Origin: Candidatus Pampinifervens sericum
GTDB lineage: Bacteria; Aquificota; Aquificia; Aquificales; Aquificaceae
Length of the DNA stretch: 52,621 bases
Assembly: GCA_037722135.1 (NCBI GenBank)
Contig: JBBKAW010000103.1
Location: 20,866 to 73,486 of the forward strand
Direction: 5' to 3'
The translations under genes and the position numbers were made by a program. Positions 18,418 through 27,691 of this stretch are shown here, in pieces. Below the pieces are notes generated by a model. It had not been told where the DNA came from. It was given only the letters and a program-made list of their open reading frames with translations, and ran no database searches. Within the stretch, counting starts at the first letter, position 1, and each line of letters opens with the position of its first letter.

Positions 18418-20734
18418 AATTATACTCCCGCTTCTTACATTGGCGAGCTTTTCCCTTGCACAGGTGGTGAGGGAGATAAGAGTGGAAGGAGCAGAGTATG
18501 TGCCAGAGGATGTAATACTTGGGCTAATAAACATAAGACGGGGCAGTCTTTATAGCCCAGATATGGTTAGGGAAAGTATAAGGCGTATGTATAGAACAGG
18601 CTTCTTTGATAAGGTGGAGGTTTATGAAGAAAGAATTGGTGAGGATGTGGTGCTTGTATACAGGATAAAAGACCTGCCTGTTATATACAAAATAGAGTTT
18701 GTGGGCAACAGAAAGATAAAGTCTGATGAGCTGGAAAGGAAAATAGGCATAGAGACGGAGGTGGGTAAAATAGAACCAGAGGAGCTAATAAAAGGATTTA
18801 CATCAGCACCTGCCATAGAGGAAAGACTGGAAATACAAAGAAGGCTTAGGCTCGGAAGGGTGCTCACCCGTGAAGAGTTAGAGTTTATAAAGAGGAGGAT
18901 AATAGAAGCCTACATGAAGGAGGGCTATCCCAACGTCCAAGTAAGCTATGAACTTGTCCCAAAGAAGGGAGCATCAAAAGTGGTTTACAAAATAGTGGAA
19001 GGAGAACCAGAGTATGTAAGGACCATAAACTTCACTGGAAACAAAACCTTTAGTAGAGGTAAGCTACTTGGGCTTATGGAAACAAAGCCAGTTAGTCTCC
19101 CTTCTCTTAGGCTAAAGCCACCCTTTAGCGAGGATATATTAAAAGAAGACATAAGGAAGATAAGAGATTTTTACCGCTCAGAGGGTTTTCTTGAAGTAGA
19201 AGTGGACTATTCAATAAGAAAGGAAGGAAACAGATACGAAATAGACATAAAAATACAAGAAGGACCAAGATACAAACTATCTGACTTAAGGATAGAAGGA
19301 AACAATTTATACGCATACTCTGAACTGGTGGGAGACCTGCTTAAGAAAAACAGAGGAGGCTACTACAGAAAAGAAGTAATAGACAGGATAAAGGAAAACA
19401 TAAGGAGGAAATACTCAGAGATAGGTTTTCTTGGTGTCCTTGTGGAAGAAAAGGAATCGGTGGACAGGGAAAACAAAAAGGTAAGTGTAAGTTTGAAAGT
19501 GGATGAGGGTGAACCTGTCTACGTAAACAGGATAGAGGTCCAAGGCAACTACGAAACAAGGGACTATGTTATAAGAAGAGAGCTAAGATTCCAAGAGGGT
19601 GAGCTGGCAAACCAAAGAGAAATAGACCGTTCAAGGACAAGGATTTTTAACCTTGGATACTATCAAGATGTTTCTATAGACCCATTTCCAACCTTTGGTA
19701 ATAACTGGGACTTTTCCGCAAGAGTAAGAGAGAGGTTCACGGGACAGTTTTCCATAGGTCTTGGCTATAATCAAGTAACTGGTGTTTCCGGCTTCGTCTC
19801 TTTGCGTAAGGGTAACTTCCTCGGAACAGGTGATATAGCAGGCATATCTATATCATACGGAAGCAAATACAAGGACAATTCTCTTTCTTATACAAGAAAA
19901 TGGTTTCTCAACCAGCCTATAGACCTTACTGGTTCTGTCTATGACAGAAGGATAGAGTACACCACCTATACAGTGGAGAGAACTGGTGTAGACTTTATAT
20001 TCTCAAAGGAGTTTGCAGAGTTTTGGAGGGCAAGTGCAGGAATTAGCCTTCAAAGGGTTAGGTATAAGGATATCTCTCCTGATGCATCAGTCCTTATAAA
20101 AGAAGAGGCGGGAACGAGGCAATCAAGAAAGTTTATCTTTGGTTTGACAAGGGATACGAGGGATAACTATCTATTCCCTTCAAGTGGCTCTCTCACAGAA
20201 CTGGGTTATTCGGTGGCTGTGCCCGTGTTAGGTGGAAACGAGAGGTTTAATAAGATAACTCTATCTCATCAAACCTTTTTCAAGGATAGTTGGTTAGACA
20301 CTGGTCTTATACTGTCTCTCAAAGGCTCTTTTGGTTTTGTTGAACCCTACGGTGGTAAAAGAGTGCCATTGGATGAAAGGTTTTTCGTAGGAGGAGATTT
20401 TACGGTAAGAGGTTATAAGTACGGTTATGCAGGTCCTCTTGACCCTAACACACAAGACCCTATCGGTGCAAAAAGACAACTTATATTATCTGCGGAAGCA
20501 AACTACCCAATCTATAAAAACATACTATACGGTGCACTCTTTTATGACACTGGTCTTGGCTTTAACGATTGGAGTGAGTTAAAGACCCAGAACCTGAAGG
20601 GTGGCTTTGGTGTTGGTATAAGGTTTGTAACACCCATTGCTCCCATAAAGTTAGACTGGGCTTTTAAAACGAAAAAGGTGCCAGGTGATACGTCAAGGAG
20701 CAGAATACATTTTGTGTTAGGATTTTTCTTCTAA
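18401..20734 (+). CDS. bamA: outer membrane protein assembly factor BamA
   Basis: Signal peptide from ATG 18401, POTRA repeats (GN..T.D.VIRRE), VRGY motif, C-terminal Phe. Confidence 0.95.
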   Translation: MWLSFRIILPLLTLASFSLAQVVREIRVEGAEYVPEDVILGLINIRRGSLYSPDMVRESIRRMYRTGFFDKVEVYEERIGEDVVLVYRIKDLPVIYKIEFVGNRKIKSDELERKIGIETEVGKIEPEELIKGFTSAPAIEERLEIQRRLRLGRVLTREELEFIKRRIIEAYMKEGYPNVQVSYELVPKKGASKVVYKIVEGEPEYVRTINFTGNKTFSRGKLLGLMETKPVSLPSLRLKPPFSEDILKEDIRKIRDFYRSEGFLEVEVDYSIRKEGNRYEIDIKIQEGPRYKLSDLRIEGNNLYAYSELVGDLLKKNRGGYYRKEVIDRIKENIRRKYSEIGFLGVLVEEKESVDRENKKVSVSLKVDEGEPVYVNRIEVQGNYETRDYVIRRELRFQEGELANQREIDRSRTRIFNLGYYQDVSIDPFPTFGNNWDFSARVRERFTGQFSIGLGYNQVTGVSGFVSLRKGNFLGTGDIAGISISYGSKYKDNSLSYTRKWFLNQPIDLTGSVYDRRIEYTTYTVERTGVDFIFSKEFAEFWRASAGISLQRVRYKDISPDASVLIKEEAGTRQSRKFIFGLTRDTRDNYLFPSSGSLTELGYSVAVPVLGGNERFNKITLSHQTFFKDSWLDTGLILSLKGSFGFVEPYGGKRVPLDERFFVGGDFTVRGYKYGYAGPLDPNTQDPIGAKRQLILSAEANYPIYKNILYGALFYDTGLGFNDWSELKTQNLKGGFGVGIRFVTPIAPIKLDWAFKTKKVPGDTSRSRIHFVLGFFF

Positions 20735-21534
20735 TGGTGCCAAGGGCTTTAACTATAGCAGGCTCTGATAGCGGTGGCGGTGCTGGAATACAAGCAGACC
20801 TAAAGACCTTTACTGTGCTGGGCGTATATGGGATGAGTGCTATAACTTCCATAACCGTCCAAAACACAGTGGGAGTTTATGAAGTTGTGGACCTTCCACC
20901 AAGGGTGGTATATGACCAAATAAGGGTTGTGGTAGAGGACATAGGCGTGGATGCCTGCAAAACTGGCATGCTCTCCAACGAAGATATAATAAGGGCAGTG
21001 GCAAAGGCTATAAAGGATACAAGGATTGAAAAGCTCGTGGTAGACCCTGTAATGAGGGCAAAGTCTGGAGACCCTCTTTTAAAACAATCCGCAAGAGAAA
21101 CGCTTATAAGAGAAATCCTTCCTCTTGCACTTTTGGTAACTCCAAACATTCCAGAGGCTGAGGAGTTGTGTGGTTTTAAAATAAGAAACCTTGAGGATAT
21201 GGAAAAGGCTTGCAAAAAGATACTTTCTTATGGTCCATCCGCAGTTGTGGTAAAGGGCGGACATATGGAGGGTAAGGAGTCTGTGGATGTGTTCTATGAC
21301 GGTAAGGTCTTTGAATACTTAAAGGGAGAGTTTATAAACACAAAAAACACCCATGGCACTGGATGCACCTTCTCTTCTGCTATAACCTCCTATCTGGCAA
21401 AGGGATACAGTCTCATAGACTCTGTGCGTATGGCAAAGGAATATATTCAAAAAGCCATAGAGAATTCCCTACCCCTTGGCAGAGGACATGGACCCCTCAA
21501 TCACATGTGGCCCTTCTACTCCTTTAAAACATAA
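20734..21534 (+). CDS. thiD: hydroxymethylpyrimidine/phosphomethylpyrimidine kinase
   Basis: IAGSDSGGGAGIQADLK, VDPVM, HGTGCTFS. Confidence 0.96.
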   Translation: MVPRALTIAGSDSGGGAGIQADLKTFTVLGVYGMSAITSITVQNTVGVYEVVDLPPRVVYDQIRVVVEDIGVDACKTGMLSNEDIIRAVAKAIKDTRIEKLVVDPVMRAKSGDPLLKQSARETLIREILPLALLVTPNIPEAEELCGFKIRNLEDMEKACKKILSYGPSAVVVKGGHMEGKESVDVFYDGKVFEYLKGEFINTKNTHGTGCTFSSAITSYLAKGYSLIDSVRMAKEYIQKAIENSLPLGRGHGPLNHMWPFYSFKT

Positions 21535-21869
21535 GCAACCGCCACGGAGAATTCCCTCTCATGGGATAGGGAAACAAGGACTTTTACATCTTCATAGCCC
21601 TCTCTTAGTATTCTCACCCTTGCAGGCTTCCCTCTATCGCCATAGACTTCTATTTCCGAAAACTTGAGCATTACACCGTAAACCTGATAAAAAGCTTTTA
21701 GCACCGCCTCTTTGCAAGCCCAACGCGCAGAAAGGCATTCATAAAAGCTCCGCTGACCCATACAGTATCTTAGCTCCTCTTCCGTATAAACGCGTTTTAG
21801 AAACCTCTCTCCAAACCTTTCTATTGCGGACTTTATCCTCTGATTGCTTACTATGTCTATGCCTACCAT
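21516..21869 (-). CDS. acpS: holo-ACP synthase
   Basis: GIDIV, RWACKEA, VSLSHE. Confidence 0.94.
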   Translation of the reverse strand: MVGIDIVSNQRIKSAIERFGERFLKRVYTEEELRYCMGQRSFYECLSARWACKEAVLKAFYQVYGVMLKFSEIEVYGDRGKPARVRILREGYEDVKVLVSLSHEREFSVAVAYVLKE

Positions 21870-21884
21870 GATAAACTATCTTAC

Positions 21885-22643
21885 ATGTTCTTGCTTACTC
21901 TTAGCATAGTATTTTACTTTGTTGCCTTTGTATTTTCCCTGATTTCCTATTTCGTGGATAGGGTTAAGGAGTTTACTCGTCTTTTTCTCTCTTCCGCACT
22001 CATATTTTACATGCTTCACATAAGCAGTTTGTCCTTCAAGGTTGGCAGTTTTCCCTTCGCAGACACTTATGGCTTTTATTCCCTCTTAGGAAACGTCATC
22101 TTAGGCATTCTCATAATCCTATCTTTCAAATACGAGTATCTTTGGAAGTTTTCCGCTTTTTTTGCAATATTTGGAATACTTTCAACCCTTTTGGCTATGC
22201 CCGCAGAACCCTCACCCTACAGAAGTCCTCTGTATTCCCTTCATATAACCTCCGCCCTTGCTTCTTACACCTTTGCTTTCTTGGGAGGCTTTTCATCCAT
22301 ACTAAAACTTATCCTTGAAACAAGATTAAAACAAAAAAACATAACAGGCTTTTTTATGCCCCTTAGCCTTCTCAGAGGAGCGGAAAGGCTTTCTATGAAC
22401 CTAAGCTTTCTCTTCCTTACCCTTACCCTCATTTTTGGGAGTTTGTGGAGCAGGAGCTTTTTTGGAAAACATTGGGTAAGTGACCCAAAGCTTGTCTTTG
22501 TGCTATACCTATGGACATACTATGCGATAGTTGTTCACCTCAACCTCCTCAAGAGGATAAAGCCCAAAACCCTATCTTATGCGGTCATACTTGGGATGGT
22601 TTTTACCATGCTTAACATAATCTTTGTTAGACATGAGCTGTAA
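21885..22643 (+). CDS. cytochrome c assembly protein (CcsA/YpjD-like)
   Basis: Multiple TM segments, conserved His, GSLW...W..DPK motif. Confidence 0.8.
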   Translation: MFLLTLSIVFYFVAFVFSLISYFVDRVKEFTRLFLSSALIFYMLHISSLSFKVGSFPFADTYGFYSLLGNVILGILIILSFKYEYLWKFSAFFAIFGILSTLLAMPAEPSPYRSPLYSLHITSALASYTFAFLGGFSSILKLILETRLKQKNITGFFMPLSLLRGAERLSMNLSFLFLTLTLIFGSLWSRSFFGKHWVSDPKLVFVLYLWTYYAIVVHLNLLKRIKPKTLSYAVILGMVFTMLNIIFVRHEL

Positions 22644-23148
22644 AAGAATATTTCTCGTAGGTTTTATGTGTAGTGGAAAGAGCACCGTGGGTAGACTTCT
22701 TGCGGACATGTTAGGCTGGCGGTTTGTGGACGTAGACAAGGAAGTTGAAAGGATAGAAAAGATGAGTATACCTGAGATATTTGAAACCAAAGGAGAAGAC
22801 TATTTTAGAAGGCGTGAGTTAGAGGTTCTCATGGATTTGGTAAAAGATGAAGGGCTTGTAATAAGCACGGGAGGTGGTTTAGGTAGCAATCCTAAGGCTA
22901 TGGAGTTAATGAAAACTTCAGGTCTTATCGTTTGGCTAAGGATAGACTTTGAAACCTTTTTAGAAAGATGTGGAAAAGACCCATCAAGACCACTTTTGAG
23001 AAAGAGCAAGGAAGAACTCCTTAAACTATTTGAAAGCAGGTCCAGGATTTATGCCAAAGCACACCTTGAACTTGATGGGTCGTTATACCCATCTACACTT
23101 GCAGAGGAAATAACTCGTGCTTGCAAAAGCTATCCTTTTACTTTATAA
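22633..23148 (+). CDS. aroK: shikimate kinase
   Basis: GFMCSGKST, GEDYFR..E, STGGG, RPLL. Confidence 0.94.
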   Translation: MSCKRIFLVGFMCSGKSTVGRLLADMLGWRFVDVDKEVERIEKMSIPEIFETKGEDYFRRRELEVLMDLVKDEGLVISTGGGLGSNPKAMELMKTSGLIVWLRIDFETFLERCGKDPSRPLLRKSKEELLKLFESRSRIYAKAHLELDGSLYPSTLAEEITRACKSYPFTL

Positions 23149-23169
23149 TTGAACCTTAAAGGAGGTGTT

Positions 23170-23913
23170 ATGTTGAAAAGAGTAGGTTTCCTCTCAGCTT
23201 TTGTAGTGGCGTTATTCTCTCTTAATGCTTGCGGGCAGAGTTCTGCTAAGTGCCCTACAAAGGAACAGGTTAAAACCTCTGTGAAAGATTTTATACCTCA
23301 AGATTTTAGCGTTGAAGCTGTATCCCCGCTTCAAAACATAGACGGTCTTTGTGAAGTGGTTATCAAAGTTGGCATACAGCCTTTGGTTTTCTACATGGAC
23401 AGTAAAGGTGAATACTTGCTTGCAGGAAACTTAATAAGCGTAAAGGACAAAAAGAATATAACCAGAGACAGACAGCAGGAGTTTATGAAGGTATCCGCAG
23501 AGCAACTTAAAGAGTTAGAAAAACACGTAAATGTAAGACATGGAGAGGGTGAAAAATACATATACTTTATAACAGACCCAGATTGCCCCTTCTGTAAGAG
23601 GAGCAACCCAATAGTAGAAGAGTGGGCAAAGAAAAATAATGTCCAGATAAGACTTATCTTCTTCCCCCTTCCAATACATCCAGAAGCCTTCATTAAAGCA
23701 GTTTCAGTGATATGTGACAAAAAAGGCTTTAAGGAATATGCGGAGGGCTACATTTCTCAAAATCAATGTGAAGAGGGCAAAAGGGCAGTTGAAGCGAACC
23801 TTGAGCTGATGGAAAAGCTGGGTATAAATGGCACACCTACTTTTATAGGTATGAACGGAAGGGTGCACTCAGGACTTCCCACAGAGGAGGACCTTAATAA
23901 GCTCATAAATTAA
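23170..23913 (+). CDS. dsbC: DsbC-family thiol:disulfide isomerase (lipoprotein)
   Basis: Lipobox LNAC, DsbC N-domain, TDPDCPFC, GTPT; SD GGAGGT before ATG 23170. Confidence 0.88.
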   Translation: MLKRVGFLSAFVVALFSLNACGQSSAKCPTKEQVKTSVKDFIPQDFSVEAVSPLQNIDGLCEVVIKVGIQPLVFYMDSKGEYLLAGNLISVKDKKNITRDRQQEFMKVSAEQLKELEKHVNVRHGEGEKYIYFITDPDCPFCKRSNPIVEEWAKKNNVQIRLIFFPLPIHPEAFIKAVSVICDKKGFKEYAEGYISQNQCEEGKRAVEANLELMEKLGINGTPTFIGMNGRVHSGLPTEEDLNKLIN

Positions 23914-26663
23914 TCGGAGGGTAGCAACAACCTGTACTGTAGGAAGGGTTCCCAATAAGTAGCCTTGGTATTTCCATAATTGGATGAGCGTCTAATGCCT
24001 AAGAATAGTGTATCTTTTCCTATAAGCCTTCCACCCAAACCTACAGAAAGTCCATACCCTAAACCGCTGAAAGTATTGTAAAAGACTTCAGAGTCAAGGA
24101 AAGGAGACAGGGGTCTACTCAACATCTCCTTGCTATCTAATCCAAACCGCAAGCCTATGCCTACCGTAAAACTATCCGCTGGAAGAACTCTTGGATTTTC
24201 AAAACTATACAATCTTAGCAATCTATTGCTTTTGTTATTTTTCTCTTCATAATCCGCAAAAGCAGTATAAAACCTAAAAGTGTAATCTGGATAAGCAACC
24301 CTTAACTTATAAAACGTTTCAAGATAAAGGTTAAAACCTTGACCTATCTCTTTCATGTCTTGTGATTTAAATCTATTGTATTCAAAGGTTGAGCTTAATC
24401 CTATACGAGGAGAAAGCGATTTAAAAGCGTTTATGGAAACACCATCTTTAACAGCACTTAGGCTCATTATGAAGGTTTCACTTGCAGGTTTATTGTAGTA
24501 TACGGAAGTAGTTACATTATCTACGGTATGTAACCTTTTAGAAGCCTTTGCTTCTACACCCGCAAAGTCCTTAATGCCTTTACCTAAAACCGTTCCAATT
24601 TCATAATAGCCATTGTTCACATTAATCCTTAATGCAACACTGTTGTATACGAAGGAAGAGGGAAGGTTTGCAAGTGCTGGATTGCTGTTATACATCAAGA
24701 AACCGCCTTCTCTGTTAAGCAGTATATACCACTTATCCGTTAGCGCATACATTAAGTGTAGGTTGTATAGCAAATAACCGGTTTTATTCACATTCCTTTG
24801 AGAAGCTCCAATTCGTATCTGGCTCACATAGTAGTCAACTAACTGTCTTAGCTGTTCGTATACTAAGGCATCCTCCGGGTTCTTTTCAAGGCTCTGTTGG
24901 GCATGTTCTACAGCCTTCCTATATTGACCAAGTCTTCTATAGGATTCCACCACATCTCTATAGGGCAATATATCAGCCATCTCCTCTAAAAGCTGGTTTA
25001 TGCGCTCCCTATCGTTGTTCCTAAGTGCAAGGTTTAACTCCATCCAGGGCTCAAGTTTAGCTTTCTTTATATTCTTTAGATATTCAATCTCTTCATAAAA
25101 GTTGTTTACAAAAAGATGCGAAAGGTATATGTTTAACCAAATTTCAGGTCTCAACTCCTCCCTTGCTTTAGCTAACAAGTCCTGCATATAGTATGATGGA
25201 AGTATACCCACACCACTCATTAAGGTAATTCTAAGTTCATCAGGGTCCCTCGGCATTTTTCCATCCTTTAAAACATCTCTAACCAAAGTATGTCTTATCA
25301 TGTTCGCCTCTTCAGTCCTTCCCATAAGATTGAGTGCGTAGGAGTATAAGAGAAGCTCTTCTCTGTCCTTTTCCTTGATTTGGTCTAAAAGCCTCTTAGC
25401 CTTATACCCCTCTTGTCTTGACATGTATAGAAGGGCAAATTCCTTTGGAAGCATTCTTTCTTCAGATGAGAAGTTCCTAATAAGGTAATCTATAAGCTCT
25501 CTATCATGGAAACCGACTGCAATATATATGGCGTTAGAAAGTAAACTTAAAGAAGGTTTAGCCTTCAAGGAATGCAATATAATCTGCCTTGCTTCTTGCC
25601 TTCTACCCAACATATACAGAGCTCTTGTATAAATGGCGGTAAGATAGGAATTAGCCAAGAGCTTTTCCCTATCATATTCTCTATATGCATCAACTATACC
25701 TTTCCAATCACCCAAAGCACTAAGACCTTCTACCCAAAGTGTAAATAGATATTCATCCCTACTCTTTCTATAGCCTATAGATGCATACTCTATAGCTTTC
25801 GTATAATTCTTCTTTAAGGAATAATAGGTATAAAGCCTTATGTAATCATCTTTGCTTGCTTTGCCCATCTTATGAAGCACCTCAGAAGCCTTTGCAGAAG
25901 TTTCTATGTCTTGATTAATCCATGCAAGTGCAGAAAGTCTTCTTAAATATAGGATATAAAGGTCTTCCTTATCGCTTTCAATCTTCCCAAAGTATCTCTT
26001 TAAAAGCTCATAAGCTTCTTTTTGCTTTCTTTCAGACAATACGATCTCTGAGTAGAGTATAACTTCTTCCAACTTCAATGGTCTAATGGCTTCTAATTTT
26101 TCCATGTATTCCCTCGCCTGTTTATATTTCCCATATCTAAACTGCGCTAATGCGATATAATAAAGGTATTCATCCTTTTTCTTCTTTCTGTAAAGCTCTT
26201 CCGCAAGCTTTATAAATTCTTCTTCTTTACCTGCACTGATGAATATAAAATAAACTTCTTCGGGCTTTAGGTTCTCTACTAACCATGGATACTTTCTGAT
26301 AAGATTTACCACAAGGTCGTAGCGATTTATAGAAAGTGCTAATTTGAATGTTTCTAATATTCTTTCTCTTACAGGTCTTAATTCTATTAGTTTTAGGTTT
26401 GCTTCCATAACTTCCTCTGTTTTCCCGAGCCAAGAAGCCAGTCTACCATACCACTCCCACCAGTATGGGTCATTCGAATAGATTTCTACCCCCCTTTTTG
26501 CTACCTCAAAAGCATTCTGAAGGTCGTTAGCTCCTAAGAAAGTAGAAAGAAGTAATCTAAGTGCTTCTTGGCTTGGATATTTTGCTCTGGGTCTTTCTAA
26601 AGAAAAAGCTGAGCCAATAAACAAAATACTTGTAATCGTAAACATAAGCAACCTCTTGGTCAT
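23910..26663 (-). CDS. pelB: PelB-like TPR + outer-membrane beta-barrel protein (C-terminal part, 'PelB2')
   Basis: Own signal peptide, long TPR array, beta-strand-rich C-terminus (YKLRVAYPDYTFR); located in the pel cluster. Confidence 0.8.
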   Translation of the reverse strand: MTKRLLMFTITSILFIGSAFSLERPRAKYPSQEALRLLLSTFLGANDLQNAFEVAKRGVEIYSNDPYWWEWYGRLASWLGKTEEVMEANLKLIELRPVRERILETFKLALSINRYDLVVNLIRKYPWLVENLKPEEVYFIFISAGKEEEFIKLAEELYRKKKKDEYLYYIALAQFRYGKYKQAREYMEKLEAIRPLKLEEVILYSEIVLSERKQKEAYELLKRYFGKIESDKEDLYILYLRRLSALAWINQDIETSAKASEVLHKMGKASKDDYIRLYTYYSLKKNYTKAIEYASIGYRKSRDEYLFTLWVEGLSALGDWKGIVDAYREYDREKLLANSYLTAIYTRALYMLGRRQEARQIILHSLKAKPSLSLLSNAIYIAVGFHDRELIDYLIRNFSSEERMLPKEFALLYMSRQEGYKAKRLLDQIKEKDREELLLYSYALNLMGRTEEANMIRHTLVRDVLKDGKMPRDPDELRITLMSGVGILPSYYMQDLLAKAREELRPEIWLNIYLSHLFVNNFYEEIEYLKNIKKAKLEPWMELNLALRNNDRERINQLLEEMADILPYRDVVESYRRLGQYRKAVEHAQQSLEKNPEDALVYEQLRQLVDYYVSQIRIGASQRNVNKTGYLLYNLHLMYALTDKWYILLNREGGFLMYNSNPALANLPSSFVYNSVALRINVNNGYYEIGTVLGKGIKDFAGVEAKASKRLHTVDNVTTSVYYNKPASETFIMSLSAVKDGVSINAFKSLSPRIGLSSTFEYNRFKSQDMKEIGQGFNLYLETFYKLRVAYPDYTFRFYTAFADYEEKNNKSNRLLRLYSFENPRVLPADSFTVGIGLRFGLDSKEMLSRPLSPFLDSEVFYNTFSGLGYGLSVGLGGRLIGKDTLFLGIRRSSNYGNTKATYWEPFLQYRLLLPSD

Positions 26664-27691
26664 TTCAATACCTCCTTCTTTATACCTTCCGCAATTTCTC
26701 TGGCAAAGAAGGGGTCACCAGTAGCAAGAGCAGACTTAAGAACAAGCTTTAAAACCTCTTCATCCTTAGCAAACTCCATATAGTGCATTCTTATGAACTT
26801 CTTCAAACCATCGTAATCTTCCTTCCACAAGTACATCTGAACAATCTTTGTGAATAACACCTTTCTATCCTTATAACTCCTTGCTTGCAAAAAGAGTTTC
26901 TCATACTCTTTTATTCCTATATCTAAGGCTAAACCTGGTTGGGGAGTAGTTAACAAACCCTTTGTTAATTCTGCATAAAAGCTCTTATCTAACTTACCAC
27001 TTACCTTTTGTAGAGTGTTTCTCGCTTCCTTATTGTTTTTTACTATATATACCGCATCATTAACATAATTCCTTCTGTTAGATACATCCTTTCTGTATAG
27101 TTCAGAAGCATATAAAAGGGCTTTTTCCACATCCATAAGTGCTATGGCATAGCGATAGGCTTGCTTCAACCATTCTACGTTCCCTGTAATTTGATAGAGT
27201 TTTTCTGCAGATACCATAACTACGAATGGTAGGTTCATACTAATGGCTTCTCTATTTATTTCTATTAATAACTCCTTTTCATTCGTAGACTTGATAGCTT
27301 CCAAAAGATAAGTCTGCATTTTTTGCACGTCTCCACCCTTTTTTGCAAAGAATTTCGCCTTTTCTATTCTGTATAACGCCATATAAGCCTTATCTCTATA
27401 TCTTGTATTCAAAAGTTTTTGTGCCTCTAACTCCGCTTCTTGAAACTCTCCTGCTTGAGTAAGGCTTCCTACTAAGTGTAAGCGTATTATATCGTCATCT
27501 TTGATTTTCAACAAGTTCCTAATGTATATAACGTATAGTGCGATGTTGCTTTTCTCTTGAGTTAGGCTGTATTCTTCCAATTTTCCTTTAGGAAACAGCA
27601 TTACACTAACTCCAGTGAAAATCAAGATGTATATAATAATTTCCTTAATACTAAAAAACTTACTTTTTACAGTAAGCTTCAATTCTTGCAT
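26660..27691 (-). CDS. PelB N-terminal-like membrane-anchored TPR protein ('PelB1')
   Basis: N-terminal TM followed by YIRNLLKIKDDDIIRLHLVGSLTQAGEFQEA, resembling the PelB N-terminus; start taken as ATG 27691. Confidence 0.65.
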   Translation of the reverse strand: MQELKLTVKSKFFSIKEIIIYILIFTGVSVMLFPKGKLEEYSLTQEKSNIALYVIYIRNLLKIKDDDIIRLHLVGSLTQAGEFQEAELEAQKLLNTRYRDKAYMALYRIEKAKFFAKKGGDVQKMQTYLLEAIKSTNEKELLIEINREAISMNLPFVVMVSAEKLYQITGNVEWLKQAYRYAIALMDVEKALLYASELYRKDVSNRRNYVNDAVYIVKNNKEARNTLQKVSGKLDKSFYAELTKGLLTTPQPGLALDIGIKEYEKLFLQARSYKDRKVLFTKIVQMYLWKEDYDGLKKFIRMHYMEFAKDEEVLKLVLKSALATGDPFFAREIAEGIKKEVLK

